DNA of 64,000 nt, taken from a phage. The stretch lies in sequence record PX068456.1; one strand, 5' to 3'. Made by a program: the position numbers and the translations under genes. This document shows, one piece after another, positions 1 to 8,972 of this stretch. Below the pieces are notes generated by a model. The model was given only the letters and a program-made list of their open reading frames with translations, was not told the origin of the DNA and ran no database searches. Within the stretch, counting starts at the first letter, position 1, and the number at the start of each line of letters is the position of its first letter.

Positions 1-57
1 CATTCTTGCGGTACTTCGTGGTATCTTTCAATCTAACAAATAAGAGAGGATTTTTAT

Positions 58-306
58 ATGCGTAAAGTAAATGTTGAAGTGCTTGAAAAATTTATAAACA
101 CTCGTGATTGTACTGTTGGTAAGGTTTATGAGGCTATTCTCCTTGAAGATGGAGATATTGTTCCTGCCCCGTATCACGCCTTTAATGGCCAGGTTAGCAA
201 AGTGGAAGGTGGTCTTGCTGTTTGCTTTATTGATGATGTAGGTGATGCTGTAGCTTTCCCTATCATTAACAAAGAAGATAAACTTAAAATTACAGAACTG
301 AACTAG
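58..306 (+). CDS. hypothetical protein (82 aa)
   Basis: ORF with upstream AGAGAGGA RBS-like motif; no recognisable motifs. Confidence 0.4.
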   Translation: MRKVNVEVLEKFINTRDCTVGKVYEAILLEDGDIVPAPYHAFNGQVSKVEGGLAVCFIDDVGDAVAFPIINKEDKLKITELN

Positions 307-334
307 TTGACTTTCTTTAAAAACAGTTTATAGT
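307..334 (+). promoter_or_regulatory. sigma70-like promoter candidate (TTGACT, ~16 nt spacer, TATAGT)
   Basis: read directly from sequence upstream of the TerC-like gene. Confidence 0.35.
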
Positions 335-383
335 ATACGACATAGAGCGGAGGATTGTCCTCCGCATTAAAGAGGAGAAAAGA

Positions 384-1361
384 ATGCAACTGGGTTTCCC
401 AATTATTGATGTGGTTGTTTTAGTGGGTATTTTAGTCTTGTCGATTTGTATTGATTTCTTTGGACACAGGGAAAACAAAGAAATTTCATTTAAATCTGCA
501 ATTGGCTGGTCAATTTTCTGGATTGGGGTATCATTAGCCTACTATGGTTTTGTATACTTCCAACACGGTGCTGATTTTGCGAGCTTGTTCTTGAGTGGGT
601 ATGTGTTGGAGAAATCTCTTTCTGTAGATAACTTAGTAGTATTTGTGGCAGTATTCGCAAGTTTTGGTATTAAAAGTACACACTTGCAACACAAGATTCT
701 ACTTTGGGGTATTGCAGGTGCGATTGTCTTCCGAGGTGTGTTTGTAGCAGTAGGTACTTACTTGTTGAGTTTGGGCTGGTATGTTAATATCTTCTTCGGT
801 GCGGTCATCCTTTTCTGTGCAGCTAAAATGGTATTCGCTGGAGATAATGACGCAGAAGTTGATTACTCTAAACACTGGGCTACTCGCATTGTTCGTAAGC
901 TGTTCCCTGTATCTGATCAGATGGATGGTGAGAAGTTCTTCACAATCAAAAATGGTGTTCGTGTAGCAACTCCTGCATTGGTTTGTGTGTTTGTAATGGA
1001 AATGGTTGACGTAATCTTTGCAGTAGACTCTGTTCCAGCAGTAATTGCAGTGACACAAGAACCTCTGCTTGTATTTTCTTCAATGCTGTGTGCAATTTTA
1101 GGTCTACGTGCTCTGTTCTTTGTCCTTAGTGTTGCACTGAAATATTTGGTTCATCTGGAGAAAGCAGTTATCGTAGTCCTGGTATTTGTGGGTGTAAAAC
1201 TGATGTATCACCCGTTTGCAGAAACTCTGCACGCAAAAATGAGTTTCCTGCCAGCACACATTGATCCGACGATCAGTATGTATATTGTGTTAGGTACTCT
1301 TGGGCTGGGTGTTATTGCAAGTTTAATCTTCCCTGAAAAAGAAGACCAGACTGTTGCTTAA
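384..1361 (+). CDS. terC: TerC-family integral membrane protein
   Basis: 325 aa, multiple hydrophobic helices, EKSLSVDNLVVF motif typical of the TerC family; RBS AAAGAGGAG. Confidence 0.65.
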   Translation: MQLGFPIIDVVVLVGILVLSICIDFFGHRENKEISFKSAIGWSIFWIGVSLAYYGFVYFQHGADFASLFLSGYVLEKSLSVDNLVVFVAVFASFGIKSTHLQHKILLWGIAGAIVFRGVFVAVGTYLLSLGWYVNIFFGAVILFCAAKMVFAGDNDAEVDYSKHWATRIVRKLFPVSDQMDGEKFFTIKNGVRVATPALVCVFVMEMVDVIFAVDSVPAVIAVTQEPLLVFSSMLCAILGLRALFFVLSVALKYLVHLEKAVIVVLVFVGVKLMYHPFAETLHAKMSFLPAHIDPTISMYIVLGTLGLGVIASLIFPEKEDQTVA

Positions 1362-1367
1362 TTCATT

Positions 1368-1390
1368 AAGCCCCTTCGGGGGCTTTGTTG
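1368..1390 (+). terminator. rho-independent terminator-like hairpin (AGCCCCTTCGGGGGCT + T-rich tail)
   Basis: GC stem with TTCG loop directly after the TerC-like stop. Confidence 0.5.
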
Positions 1391-1593
1391 AGGTGATCTG
1401 ATGGTGGTTTTACGTGTTCTTTGGATTCTGTTTGAAAATATTTGTTTTGCTTTAGGGCTATTTTGTTTGATTTTTATATTGACAACATATATTGATAACC
1501 ATACAATTACTATCAACAGGAACGGAGAACAGATGTATTGTTTCTCTAGAGATTTTAAAAATTGTGTTGAGACTTTAAATGAGAGGGTTACAA

Positions 1594-2184
1594 ATGAAAA
1601 ACATTAAATCTTTTATTGTTGCAGTTGTTTTAGGCAGTGCATTGCTGGTAGGTTGTGATGATTCTGAAAATGTACAAAACCAACGTTACCAACAAACACC
1701 AAATCAGATGGTAGATGAACAATATGTAAATCAACCTGCACCTCAAGTTGTTCAAGCAGCACCTGCACAACCTTCAACAGTTGTTGTGCAAGGAGGCGGC
1801 AGTGGTTCTTCTGGTGTAGGTGAGTTTGCTACAGGTATGCTTCTTGGTCATATGTTGAGTGGTAATAGTGGCGGTGGTGGTTATAGAGATGGTGGTAGCA
1901 ATACAACAGTTATTAATAACAACGCTGCTCCTACAACTAACAGTAAAGCATATACAACACAAAAGCATAGTTTTTATGATAAACAAGGGAATACATATAC
2001 AACCACTAAACAAAACACAATTAAGCAGCAAAGTGTACAAACGTATTCACGCCCATCAACAACAAAAGTGAATAGTAATTACTCTGCTCGTAAGTCTTAC
2101 TCAAGCCCTATTAGCTCTTATAGTAAGTCTTCGAAAAGTTATTCTTCGTCGAAACGTAGTTTTAGTAGCTCACGTCGTCGTTAA
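1594..2184 (+). CDS. putative lipoprotein, low-complexity S/Y/K-rich
   Basis: start moved to second ATG (RBS GAGAGGG); signal peptide ending in lipobox LLVGC; Ser/Gly/Tyr-rich body. Confidence 0.5.
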   Translation: MKNIKSFIVAVVLGSALLVGCDDSENVQNQRYQQTPNQMVDEQYVNQPAPQVVQAAPAQPSTVVVQGGGSGSSGVGEFATGMLLGHMLSGNSGGGGYRDGGSNTTVINNNAAPTTNSKAYTTQKHSFYDKQGNTYTTTKQNTIKQQSVQTYSRPSTTKVNSNYSARKSYSSPISSYSKSSKSYSSSKRSFSSSRRR

Positions 2185-2219
2185 TAATTTAATACAGATT
2201 AAATAAGAAGGAGAAACAG

Positions 2220-3071
2220 ATGAAACTAGAAGTTGGTAAAGTGTATCGCCTGGAAGGTTGGATCTTTAATCAAGAAATTCTTGAGAAGAATAAGGATGGT
2301 TTTGAGTTTGTTGGTACTACCAAAGAAAGTATGCACGATGACGAATACTGTAAATTCGTTGGTAAAAATACAGGTCAAGAACAATTTTGCTTTAAAAGCG
2401 CAATCGGTGATTATGCTTCTGTAATGCCAACGCCAGAAAAAACTTCGAAACAATATACTGTCTTTGGTGTAAAACTTGAAGAGCTTGTAGAACACCCACG
2501 TTTTGAAGAGTTTAAGGTTGCTGCAATGTGCAAGCATTCTGAAATTAAGATACATAATTTGTTTGATTTAGAAGATCGGTTTGATATCTTTATGTATGAT
2601 CGCAGGGGAAAGCATTTTGATGCAACGACTTCAAAATTTGCTGCAACAGAGGATATTAAAATCCTTGATGTTGATACCTTTCTTGAGAGTGTATCGTTTG
2701 TATTCATTCCTAAATGCAAAAAACGTAGTGATCATAAACGTGTGAAAGGAACTCCTCGTAAAAAACGTACTGTAAACAAAGCAACTTTGCACTTCACTTC
2801 TGGTGATAAATATACTCTCAAAGGGTTTGAAAGTGTTTTGTATGATGCTGGAACGGGTAATATCAAGTTTATCATTAAGGCAACCTACAAAGGTACGGTA
2901 TTGCACGAAGAGGCTGTTACACTACCTGTATTCGATATCTCTCGTGTTGAGGTACGGGGTGTTAAAGAGTCCTTCGATCTGGATTTCTTAACCACTAATG
3001 CTACTGGTTATGTTAATCTGGAAGCAGATGGAGCATTTATTACTACAAATTATTTAGATATGTTTGTTTAA
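2220..3071 (+). CDS. hypothetical protein (283 aa)
   Basis: ORF with AAGGAG RBS. Confidence 0.5.
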   Translation: MKLEVGKVYRLEGWIFNQEILEKNKDGFEFVGTTKESMHDDEYCKFVGKNTGQEQFCFKSAIGDYASVMPTPEKTSKQYTVFGVKLEELVEHPRFEEFKVAAMCKHSEIKIHNLFDLEDRFDIFMYDRRGKHFDATTSKFAATEDIKILDVDTFLESVSFVFIPKCKKRSDHKRVKGTPRKKRTVNKATLHFTSGDKYTLKGFESVLYDAGTGNIKFIIKATYKGTVLHEEAVTLPVFDISRVEVRGVKESFDLDFLTTNATGYVNLEADGAFITTNYLDMFV

Positions 3072-3139
3072 TACTTAATTTGTGTTATGATGGTGGTACA
3101 GAGGTATCACCATCTACTAAAGAATATGGAGGAAATTGA

Positions 3140-4243
3140 ATGTCCAGTCCTTTTATCAGTGCCGTAAAAAGCAAACCGTCTGAAATGAGTGTATTCACGG
3201 CAACAACAGAAAAAAGTAAGTCTTTGTTTGCTCCAAGTGCTATGGATGCAAGCCCTGTATATGCCCCTGCTGTTGCACGACCTGTACAAATGCTGCCTCC
3301 AATGTCTCGTGAAGAGATTGAACAAGTTGGTGCTGATGCAGGACTTACTCTTCGTAACCTTAATGCTGAAGTGCTTAAACACCAGCGTTCATCTCAGGGG
3401 GATGAAATGAGTGAACGTTTAACTGCACTTATTAAGCAAGCAAAGCAACTTGATCCTAATTCTATTAAACAATCTAAAGGCTTAGGTAAACTAGTTAAGA
3501 AAGTATTAGGTATGAAAGAAGATTTGTTTGGTGAATTTGACACCATCAATAATCGTATTGAAGGTTTGGTAAAGACACTCCAAACAGACTTGAAAAAAGA
3601 AGAAGATTCTTTACGATATCTGCAACGTTTAGAAGAGGCTATTGCAAAATATGCTCTTAGCTTAAACAGGGATATAGAGCTTCTAACAGCTACTTATGAA
3701 AAAGAAGAAGTTCGCCTTAATACACTACCTGAAAATGAAGTAGAAGAGCGTCAACGTACTCGTGATACTATGGATCTGCTTGAAATTCGTATTGCAGACC
3801 TGAAAGCCTTGCGTTTACTGTGTGTTCAGATGGGGCCACGTGTACAAAGTATGCAGAAAGTATCTGCAAGTTTGATGCGATCAGCCCGTAATATTGTGAA
3901 TAATGTTATTCCTGCTTACTCTGCAAACTTTTCTATGTATATTGAAAGTCTACGCCAGAAGAAAGCAGCCGATACACAGAACAATGTACTGAATGAATTT
4001 AATGCGGCTATTGCAATGGGTAGTGATCTGGCTGCACAAAACCAAATTGAAGCTACGCAACTTGCTAATCGTCAAGTATTGGATATTGAAACATTACGTC
4101 GCGATCAAGAAAACTTAGTTAAAATGTTGGAAGAAACTAACCGAATCAACACTGAAGCCCGTGCTGCTCGTATTGATTACATTCAAGAAGTGCAATCTCT
4201 TGAAGATGGTATGATTCAAACTGTTAAACGTGGTCTACTTTAA
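3140..4243 (+). CDS. coiled-coil protein, possibly TelA-like (toxic anion resistance family)
   Basis: 367 aa, predominantly helical/coiled-coil; assignment rests on size and on the TerC/TerD neighbourhood, not on a verified motif. Confidence 0.4.
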   Translation: MSSPFISAVKSKPSEMSVFTATTEKSKSLFAPSAMDASPVYAPAVARPVQMLPPMSREEIEQVGADAGLTLRNLNAEVLKHQRSSQGDEMSERLTALIKQAKQLDPNSIKQSKGLGKLVKKVLGMKEDLFGEFDTINNRIEGLVKTLQTDLKKEEDSLRYLQRLEEAIAKYALSLNRDIELLTATYEKEEVRLNTLPENEVEERQRTRDTMDLLEIRIADLKALRLLCVQMGPRVQSMQKVSASLMRSARNIVNNVIPAYSANFSMYIESLRQKKAADTQNNVLNEFNAAIAMGSDLAAQNQIEATQLANRQVLDIETLRRDQENLVKMLEETNRINTEARAARIDYIQEVQSLEDGMIQTVKRGLL

Positions 4244-4257
4244 GGAGAAATATATTA

Positions 4258-4463
4258 TGAATATTAAAATTTACAAACTGTCTGGTTCTATGATCGCTGT
4301 CCAGTATGACAATGAAGATCGTTATGTTCTCCTCCAGGATGCCTGGTTAGATGATCCTAATGTATTTACTGTCCTGCGAGAACTACGTTCTGTCTATACC
4401 TATTCTTCTAAAGATGGTTTTGATAGTTCAACGATGGAATTGGTAAAAGAGGAGAATGTGTAA
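4258..4463 (+). CDS. hypothetical small protein
   Basis: start placed at ATG after AAGGAGAAA RBS (ORF track started upstream). Confidence 0.4.
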
Positions 4464-4663
4464 TGAATAAAGATATTCACTTAACTCGTGAAGAATTACA
4501 AACCATTATGGAAGATGCTTTCATTGATGGTTGGAAACAAGGTCAAGAGTCAGATTGGTATGATGCCGAAGACTTTTTGTATTATCATATGACTGCACCT
4601 GTAGACGAGCAAACACATTCTGAAACAACTTTGGCTTTAATTGATCTTAAGGCTGGTGTATAA
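4463..4663 (+). CDS. hypothetical small protein carrying an ELQ-I-DAF-GWK-G motif
   Basis: RBS AAGAGGAG; start overlaps previous stop. Confidence 0.4.
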   Translation: MNKDIHLTREELQTIMEDAFIDGWKQGQESDWYDAEDFLYYHMTAPVDEQTHSETTLALIDLKAGV

Positions 4664-5226
4664 TGGGATGTTTTAGTTTCTTGTGCAAAGAGTCTGGTAA
4701 TGCTGCTCTTTCTACCTCTTTCGATGGTTCTCCTTGCTACCTATTTCTTTTGAAAGGTGGTAAAGTTGTTGAAGAGATGTATGGCAATTATGATAGCTAT
4801 GGTAGTGTTTTCTCTAATGAAGAAGATAAACATGGCAATCGTAAAAGATTTAAGTGGTCTATGCCTTGGGAAGAAGTTTGTAATTTGATGTTCTCTTCCG
4901 ATCTTGGAGATGGTATCGCTATGGTATTAGAAGAGCACTTTACAGGTGAGATCCCAACAGAAAGATCTGAAGAAGACCCTAACCAGGGTTGGGGTGATGG
5001 AGAAGAAGATCCAGATTGCTTCTTCAGCACTGAAAATAATAAATTTAAACGTGTTGACAATCCTTACCACAAAGTGCATAATACTTGCATTGAGACAGAA
5101 GAAGACTCAAAGCTAGAAATTGAAGATGATTTAGTTGTAACTATCTCTTTAAACGAGTTGCAAAAGATCACCAGAGAGGCTTTCTATTTAGGCTGGAGGG
5201 CAGGTAAAGGAGAAGACAGTGCTTAA
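4663..5226 (+). CDS. hypothetical acidic protein; C-terminus repeats the motif of the preceding ORF
   Basis: C-terminal SLNELQKITREAFYLGWRAGKGED resembles TREELQTIMEDAFIDGWKQGQE in the 4463-4663 ORF. Confidence 0.45.
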   Translation: MGCFSFLCKESGNAALSTSFDGSPCYLFLLKGGKVVEEMYGNYDSYGSVFSNEEDKHGNRKRFKWSMPWEEVCNLMFSSDLGDGIAMVLEEHFTGEIPTERSEEDPNQGWGDGEEDPDCFFSTENNKFKRVDNPYHKVHNTCIETEEDSKLEIEDDLVVTISLNELQKITREAFYLGWRAGKGEDSA

Positions 5227-5488
5227 ATTTAATATCAAAGACGATAAATCAGATGAACCTAAATGTTTTGGAGAACTTGACGCAGGTGATACATTCGTAT
5301 ATTATGTTGCGTATCAAGATTCTGGTTTAGATACGTTCAGAAACTTAGTGTTTATTAAAGTTAATACAAACCAAGCAATGTGTCTGAACGGTTCACAAAG
5401 AGGTCAACTTAGCTGTATTTCATATGATACAGAAATGGTAGAAGTGGATTTAGAAGTTACTAACATTACACTCAGAAAGGAGAAATAA
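5219..5488 (+). CDS. hypothetical protein (GTG start)
   Basis: RBS AAAGGAGAAG upstream of GTG. Confidence 0.4.
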   Translation: MLKFNIKDDKSDEPKCFGELDAGDTFVYYVAYQDSGLDTFRNLVFIKVNTNQAMCLNGSQRGQLSCISYDTEMVEVDLEVTNITLRKEK

Positions 5489-5489
5489 T

Positions 5490-6284
5490 ATGTCCAATAA
5501 AATCAGTCTTAAAAAACGTCAAGAAACTCTTACTGTATCTCTGCGTAAGAAAAAGATTAACGATGTTGTTCTTCGTGTCGGTAGCGCCTTAGATATTTCG
5601 GGTAGTATGTGTGAGCTGTATCGTGATGGCACTGTTAGTGATTTTGTAGGTAAACTGCTGCCGTTTGGTATGAAGTTTGATGACAATGCACAGATTGACA
5701 TGTGGGCTTTCAATAGTTCTTCTTTTGAACTGCCTCCTGCAACGGCTGATGTGTATGATGATTATGTCGGCTCTTGCATGTCTAATGTTTGCATCAATGG
5801 TGGTACTGCTTATGCTCCAGTAATGCAGGAGATCTATGATACATACTTCGGTAGTGTACCTATGAAAAATATTACACGCGAAGTCGTTGAGTATGAAGAA
5901 GTCCCAGCTAAGGGTTTCCTTGCTAAACTAACTGGTAAAAAAGAACTTGTAGAAGTAACACGTACTGTTGTAGAACAGGTTGTAGATACTGATGCACAAG
6001 TTGATCGTACTCCTGCAATGATTTTCTTCCAAACTGACGGGGAAAACATGGATACTTCAGCAGTACGTAGCTTACTGAACAAACACCGCAATACGCCTGT
6101 TTACTGGTTTATGGTTGGTGTAGGTAATGCAAACTTTAAATTCCTGAAAGACTTGGCAAAAGAGTACGATAATGTTGATTTTATCGGTATTGCAGATTTG
6201 TCCTTGTCTGATGAAGAACTTTACGATAAATTGTTATCTGAAGAGTTTGGTGAGTGGGTTAAAAAATTCGGAGCAAAAGCGTAA
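5490..6284 (+). CDS. von Willebrand factor A (vWA) domain protein with TerD-like N-terminal segment
   Basis: N-terminus ISLKK..TLTVSL parallels the TerD N-terminus; VVLRVGSALDISGSM looks like a MIDAS D-x-S-x-S motif. Confidence 0.5.
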   Translation: MSNKISLKKRQETLTVSLRKKKINDVVLRVGSALDISGSMCELYRDGTVSDFVGKLLPFGMKFDDNAQIDMWAFNSSSFELPPATADVYDDYVGSCMSNVCINGGTAYAPVMQEIYDTYFGSVPMKNITREVVEYEEVPAKGFLAKLTGKKELVEVTRTVVEQVVDTDAQVDRTPAMIFFQTDGENMDTSAVRSLLNKHRNTPVYWFMVGVGNANFKFLKDLAKEYDNVDFIGIADLSLSDEELYDKLLSEEFGEWVKKFGAKA

Positions 6285-6292
6285 AAAAAACG

Positions 6293-6320
6293 CTTGACTT
6301 TGTAGAAAAGATTAGTAAAA
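6293..6320 (+). promoter_or_regulatory. sigma70-like promoter candidate (TTGACT, 16 nt spacer, TAAAAT)
   Basis: read directly upstream of the TerD-like gene. Confidence 0.4.
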
Positions 6321-6358
6321 TAGACAACGTAAATTAACAACAAAGGAGATAATAAATT

Positions 6359-6955
6359 ATGACTCAGAAAATTTCCCTGAAAAAAGGTTCTAGCGAAAAA
6401 GTTTCTCTGAAAAAGATCGCACCAGCACTGAAACGCATTCGTCTGGAATTCTCTTGGAAATCTAACGAAAAACTGGATCTGGATGTTAGTGCTCTGATTT
6501 GCCGACACAATGCATCTGGTCTGCCGGAACTGTTGTCTCCTCGTCACCTGGTGTGCTACGCACAGAAATTTGATCCTGAACGTTCTACTTTTGCAGGTGA
6601 AGATGTTCGTGATGGTGTAGGACAGATGGAGCAGATTGATGTTACACTGGATAATATCTCTGCTGAAGCACAGGAAATTGCATTCGTAATTACTATTGAT
6701 GACGAAACGGGTAAGAAACGCCTTGGTCACGCTACCGAAGGTTTCCTTAAAATCTTCGATGATGAACGTAATGTTGAACTGCTGGACTTTGACTTCTTGG
6801 CTCCAGAACTTGCAGGTAACACCATTTGCCACGTTGCCTCCCTGGTGCGAGAAGATAGCGAATGGAAACTGAAAGCATATGGTGTAGGTAAAGCTGGGCT
6901 TGACATTTACGATGTAGTTAAAGCGTTTGGCGCTGGCGAAGATTGGTTCGAGTAA
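6359..6955 (+). CDS. terD: TerD-domain stress protein
   Basis: 198 aa; N-terminal ISLKKG..VSLKK and overall size typical of TerD/TerE/TerZ; strongly host-like codon usage (CTG, CGT). Confidence 0.65.
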   Translation: MTQKISLKKGSSEKVSLKKIAPALKRIRLEFSWKSNEKLDLDVSALICRHNASGLPELLSPRHLVCYAQKFDPERSTFAGEDVRDGVGQMEQIDVTLDNISAEAQEIAFVITIDDETGKKRLGHATEGFLKIFDDERNVELLDFDFLAPELAGNTICHVASLVREDSEWKLKAYGVGKAGLDIYDVVKAFGAGEDWFE

Positions 6956-6974
6956 TACATCAAGTAATAAATCA

Positions 6975-6998
6975 TAGCGCCCTTCGGGGCGCATATTT
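6975..6998 (+). terminator. rho-independent terminator-like hairpin (GCGCCCTTCGGGGCGC)
   Basis: perfect GC stem with TTCG loop after the TerD stop. Confidence 0.5.
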
Positions 6999-7019
6999 GA
7001 AATAAAAGAGGAGAAAACA

Positions 7020-7622
7020 ATGAGTATTACTTTAGAAGGTCAAAAACTTATTCGTAGCGGCAATTTTCTTGTAGATATTGACAACAATGAAGATTATGCT
7101 TTAGAAGTTAGTGATGTGCTGTTTGATGCTTTGCAGTCTGGTTTCAATTTTGAAGTTTATGAAGTAATCCGTGGAACTAAACTCAGAGAAACCCTTGGAT
7201 CATCTAGTGATGTTTATTCGGCAATCTGGCAATATTTCGGGTTAATGGAGGGTAAGACATATCTTACTGATAGTTATTCTGAAGATGTTGTTTATCTTGA
7301 TATGGAAGAGTTTCGTCGTCTGTTCAAAAGTGAAGAAAATGAAGAAGAGGGTGAACTTTTTGAAGGAATTACTCTCGAAGGTAATGTTGAAATTGTGTAT
7401 AAAGCAGGAAAAACATTCCACTTACGCGAGAACGGTAAAGCAAAAGTTGATTTTGTAAACAAGACAGTGACAACTGAACATAATTATCTTAAAGATGGTC
7501 AACCAGCTTTTGAACGTGTAAAAATTAAATTTAAAGTGTTGTCTGCACTAGTTACGGATCAAGAACGTATTGATTTTGTAGAAGATGGTGTAGTAACTCA
7601 TACAAAGGTTTACAATATCTAA
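7020..7622 (+). CDS. hypothetical protein (200 aa)
   Basis: ORF with AAAGAGGAG RBS. Confidence 0.5.
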   Translation: MSITLEGQKLIRSGNFLVDIDNNEDYALEVSDVLFDALQSGFNFEVYEVIRGTKLRETLGSSSDVYSAIWQYFGLMEGKTYLTDSYSEDVVYLDMEEFRRLFKSEENEEEGELFEGITLEGNVEIVYKAGKTFHLRENGKAKVDFVNKTVTTEHNYLKDGQPAFERVKIKFKVLSALVTDQERIDFVEDGVVTHTKVYNI

Positions 7623-7631
7623 CAGGGTGTA

Positions 7632-7655
7632 AGAGGGGGATTATCCCCCTCCACT
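7632..7655 (+). terminator. terminator-like hairpin (GAGGGGGATTATCCCCCTC)
   Basis: GC stem after stop of the 7020-7622 ORF. Confidence 0.45.
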
Positions 7656-7714
7656 TGCAAAATAGCCTCTTCTGTGTTACAATAAAAGTTCGTTTAACAA
7701 AATAGGAGGCAAGT

Positions 7715-8224
7715 TTGTCAATAAAAACCTTTGTCGCAATTGCGTTACTATCCTTAACTGCTTTTACATTTACACCTGTTGTGGCGCAAGCCGAAGCTGC
7801 AAACGTAAAAACTGCTAAAGTAGTTCACAAGTGTACAAAGCGTGATAGTAAAGAAAATCTATTAGCTTGTGCAATCTATGCAGAAAGTCGTAATCAAGGA
7901 AAGCGCGGTATGTCTGCTGTTGGTAATGTAGTATTGAATAGGGCGAGAGATTCATATTTCCCTGATACTATAAAAGAAGTTTTGTTTCAAAAAGGACAAT
8001 TCTCTTACACGAAGACATTCAACGTTATGGAACACGATAAGTGGAAAGACGCTAAAGCTATAGCAGAACGTCTACTTTATCTCGATAACCATTTTCCAGA
8101 ATTACGAATTGCATTAGATATTACAAAAGGAGCACTATACTTTAAAAAATCTACAATAAGAGCACACTGGGAAAAAGATATGGTTCTAGTGTACCGCTAC
8201 AAAGAACATCAATTCTATCGCTAA
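7715..8224 (+). CDS. secreted cell-wall hydrolase, SleB-like (candidate endolysin)
   Basis: TTG start after AGGAGG; N-terminal signal peptide (..TPVVAQAEA); AIYAESRNQG...AVGNVVLNR resembles the SleB-type hydrolase motif. Confidence 0.55.
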   Translation: MSIKTFVAIALLSLTAFTFTPVVAQAEAANVKTAKVVHKCTKRDSKENLLACAIYAESRNQGKRGMSAVGNVVLNRARDSYFPDTIKEVLFQKGQFSYTKTFNVMEHDKWKDAKAIAERLLYLDNHFPELRIALDITKGALYFKKSTIRAHWEKDMVLVYRYKEHQFYR

Positions 8225-8234
8225 GGAGATATAG

Positions 8235-8513
8235 ATGAAAGATGGCGTTATCGTTGCAAGTTATCTTGTTATTGGTCTTACAGAAGAGGATGTACATTAC
8301 ATTAGGAAACATTTAGAACAGTTTGCAATGATGTTCATCGAAGACGAAGACAATGTGGATGTTTATTCAATTGAAATGATCAATGATAACGTCTATCCTT
8401 GTATAGCTTTACGAGTCGATGAAGATGTTTGGGAACGTTTTTCACGTAGTCACGATAATGTTGAATGTTCTATGGTTATGTCACAAAACAACATACTGGG
8501 AGTGTTACACTGA
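8235..8513 (+). CDS. hypothetical protein
   Basis: ORF with AAGGAG RBS. Confidence 0.4.
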   Translation: MKDGVIVASYLVIGLTEEDVHYIRKHLEQFAMMFIEDEDNVDVYSIEMINDNVYPCIALRVDEDVWERFSRSHDNVECSMVMSQNNILGVLH

Positions 8514-8743
8514 TGGCTGATGTTATTGAAGTTAACTTTAAAACAAAAAAGAAAGTTGATAAGTATACAATCTTAAAAAATATTTGCGTTGTGTGCTTCA
8601 ATTCTGTAATATATGACTCACGTAAGGGCGAAAATGAAAATGAACCTTACATCCAGATTTCTAAAGGTAAAGGGCAGTGTATCTGCAAAAACTGCGCTGT
8701 AGCAATTAAGGAGGTTGTAGATGAAAACCATTGGGATCAATGA
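8513..8743 (+). CDS. hypothetical small protein with CxxC..CxxC zinc-ribbon-like motif
   Basis: start at ATG overlapping previous stop (TGATG); CVVC ... CICKNC. Confidence 0.4.
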   Translation: MADVIEVNFKTKKKVDKYTILKNICVVCFNSVIYDSRKGENENEPYIQISKGKGQCICKNCAVAIKEVVDENHWDQ

Positions 8744-8915
8744 TACTGGTGAAGTTGTAAAATCTTGGGATGATCTTAGTGGTATCCCTACAGATAAACT
8801 GATTAAACTGCGTGATGTTTGTCGTGATCATCTTAACGAAACATATAAAGAGTATATGGAAGCACGAGATCACAGTTTAGCTATCCAAATGGAACTCGCA
8901 AAACGTAATCAATAG
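8721..8915 (+). CDS. hypothetical small protein
   Basis: RBS AAGGAGG. Confidence 0.4.
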   Translation: MKTIGINDTGEVVKSWDDLSGIPTDKLIKLRDVCRDHLNETYKEYMEARDHSLAIQMELAKRNQ

Positions 8916-8972
8916 GTAAAACCATTTGGACTTTTTAGTCTAAAAATGCTAAAGTAATAATACGGAGGGAGT

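Noticed and set aside
699-1058. Antisense ORFs nested inside larger genes (for example 699-1058 inside TerC, 1774-2040 and 1859-2071 inside the lipoprotein gene, 13324-13608 inside primase-helicase, 51242-52108 inside the capsid gene)
   Set aside because: Fully contained within better-supported genes on the other strand or in another frame, with no independent signals.
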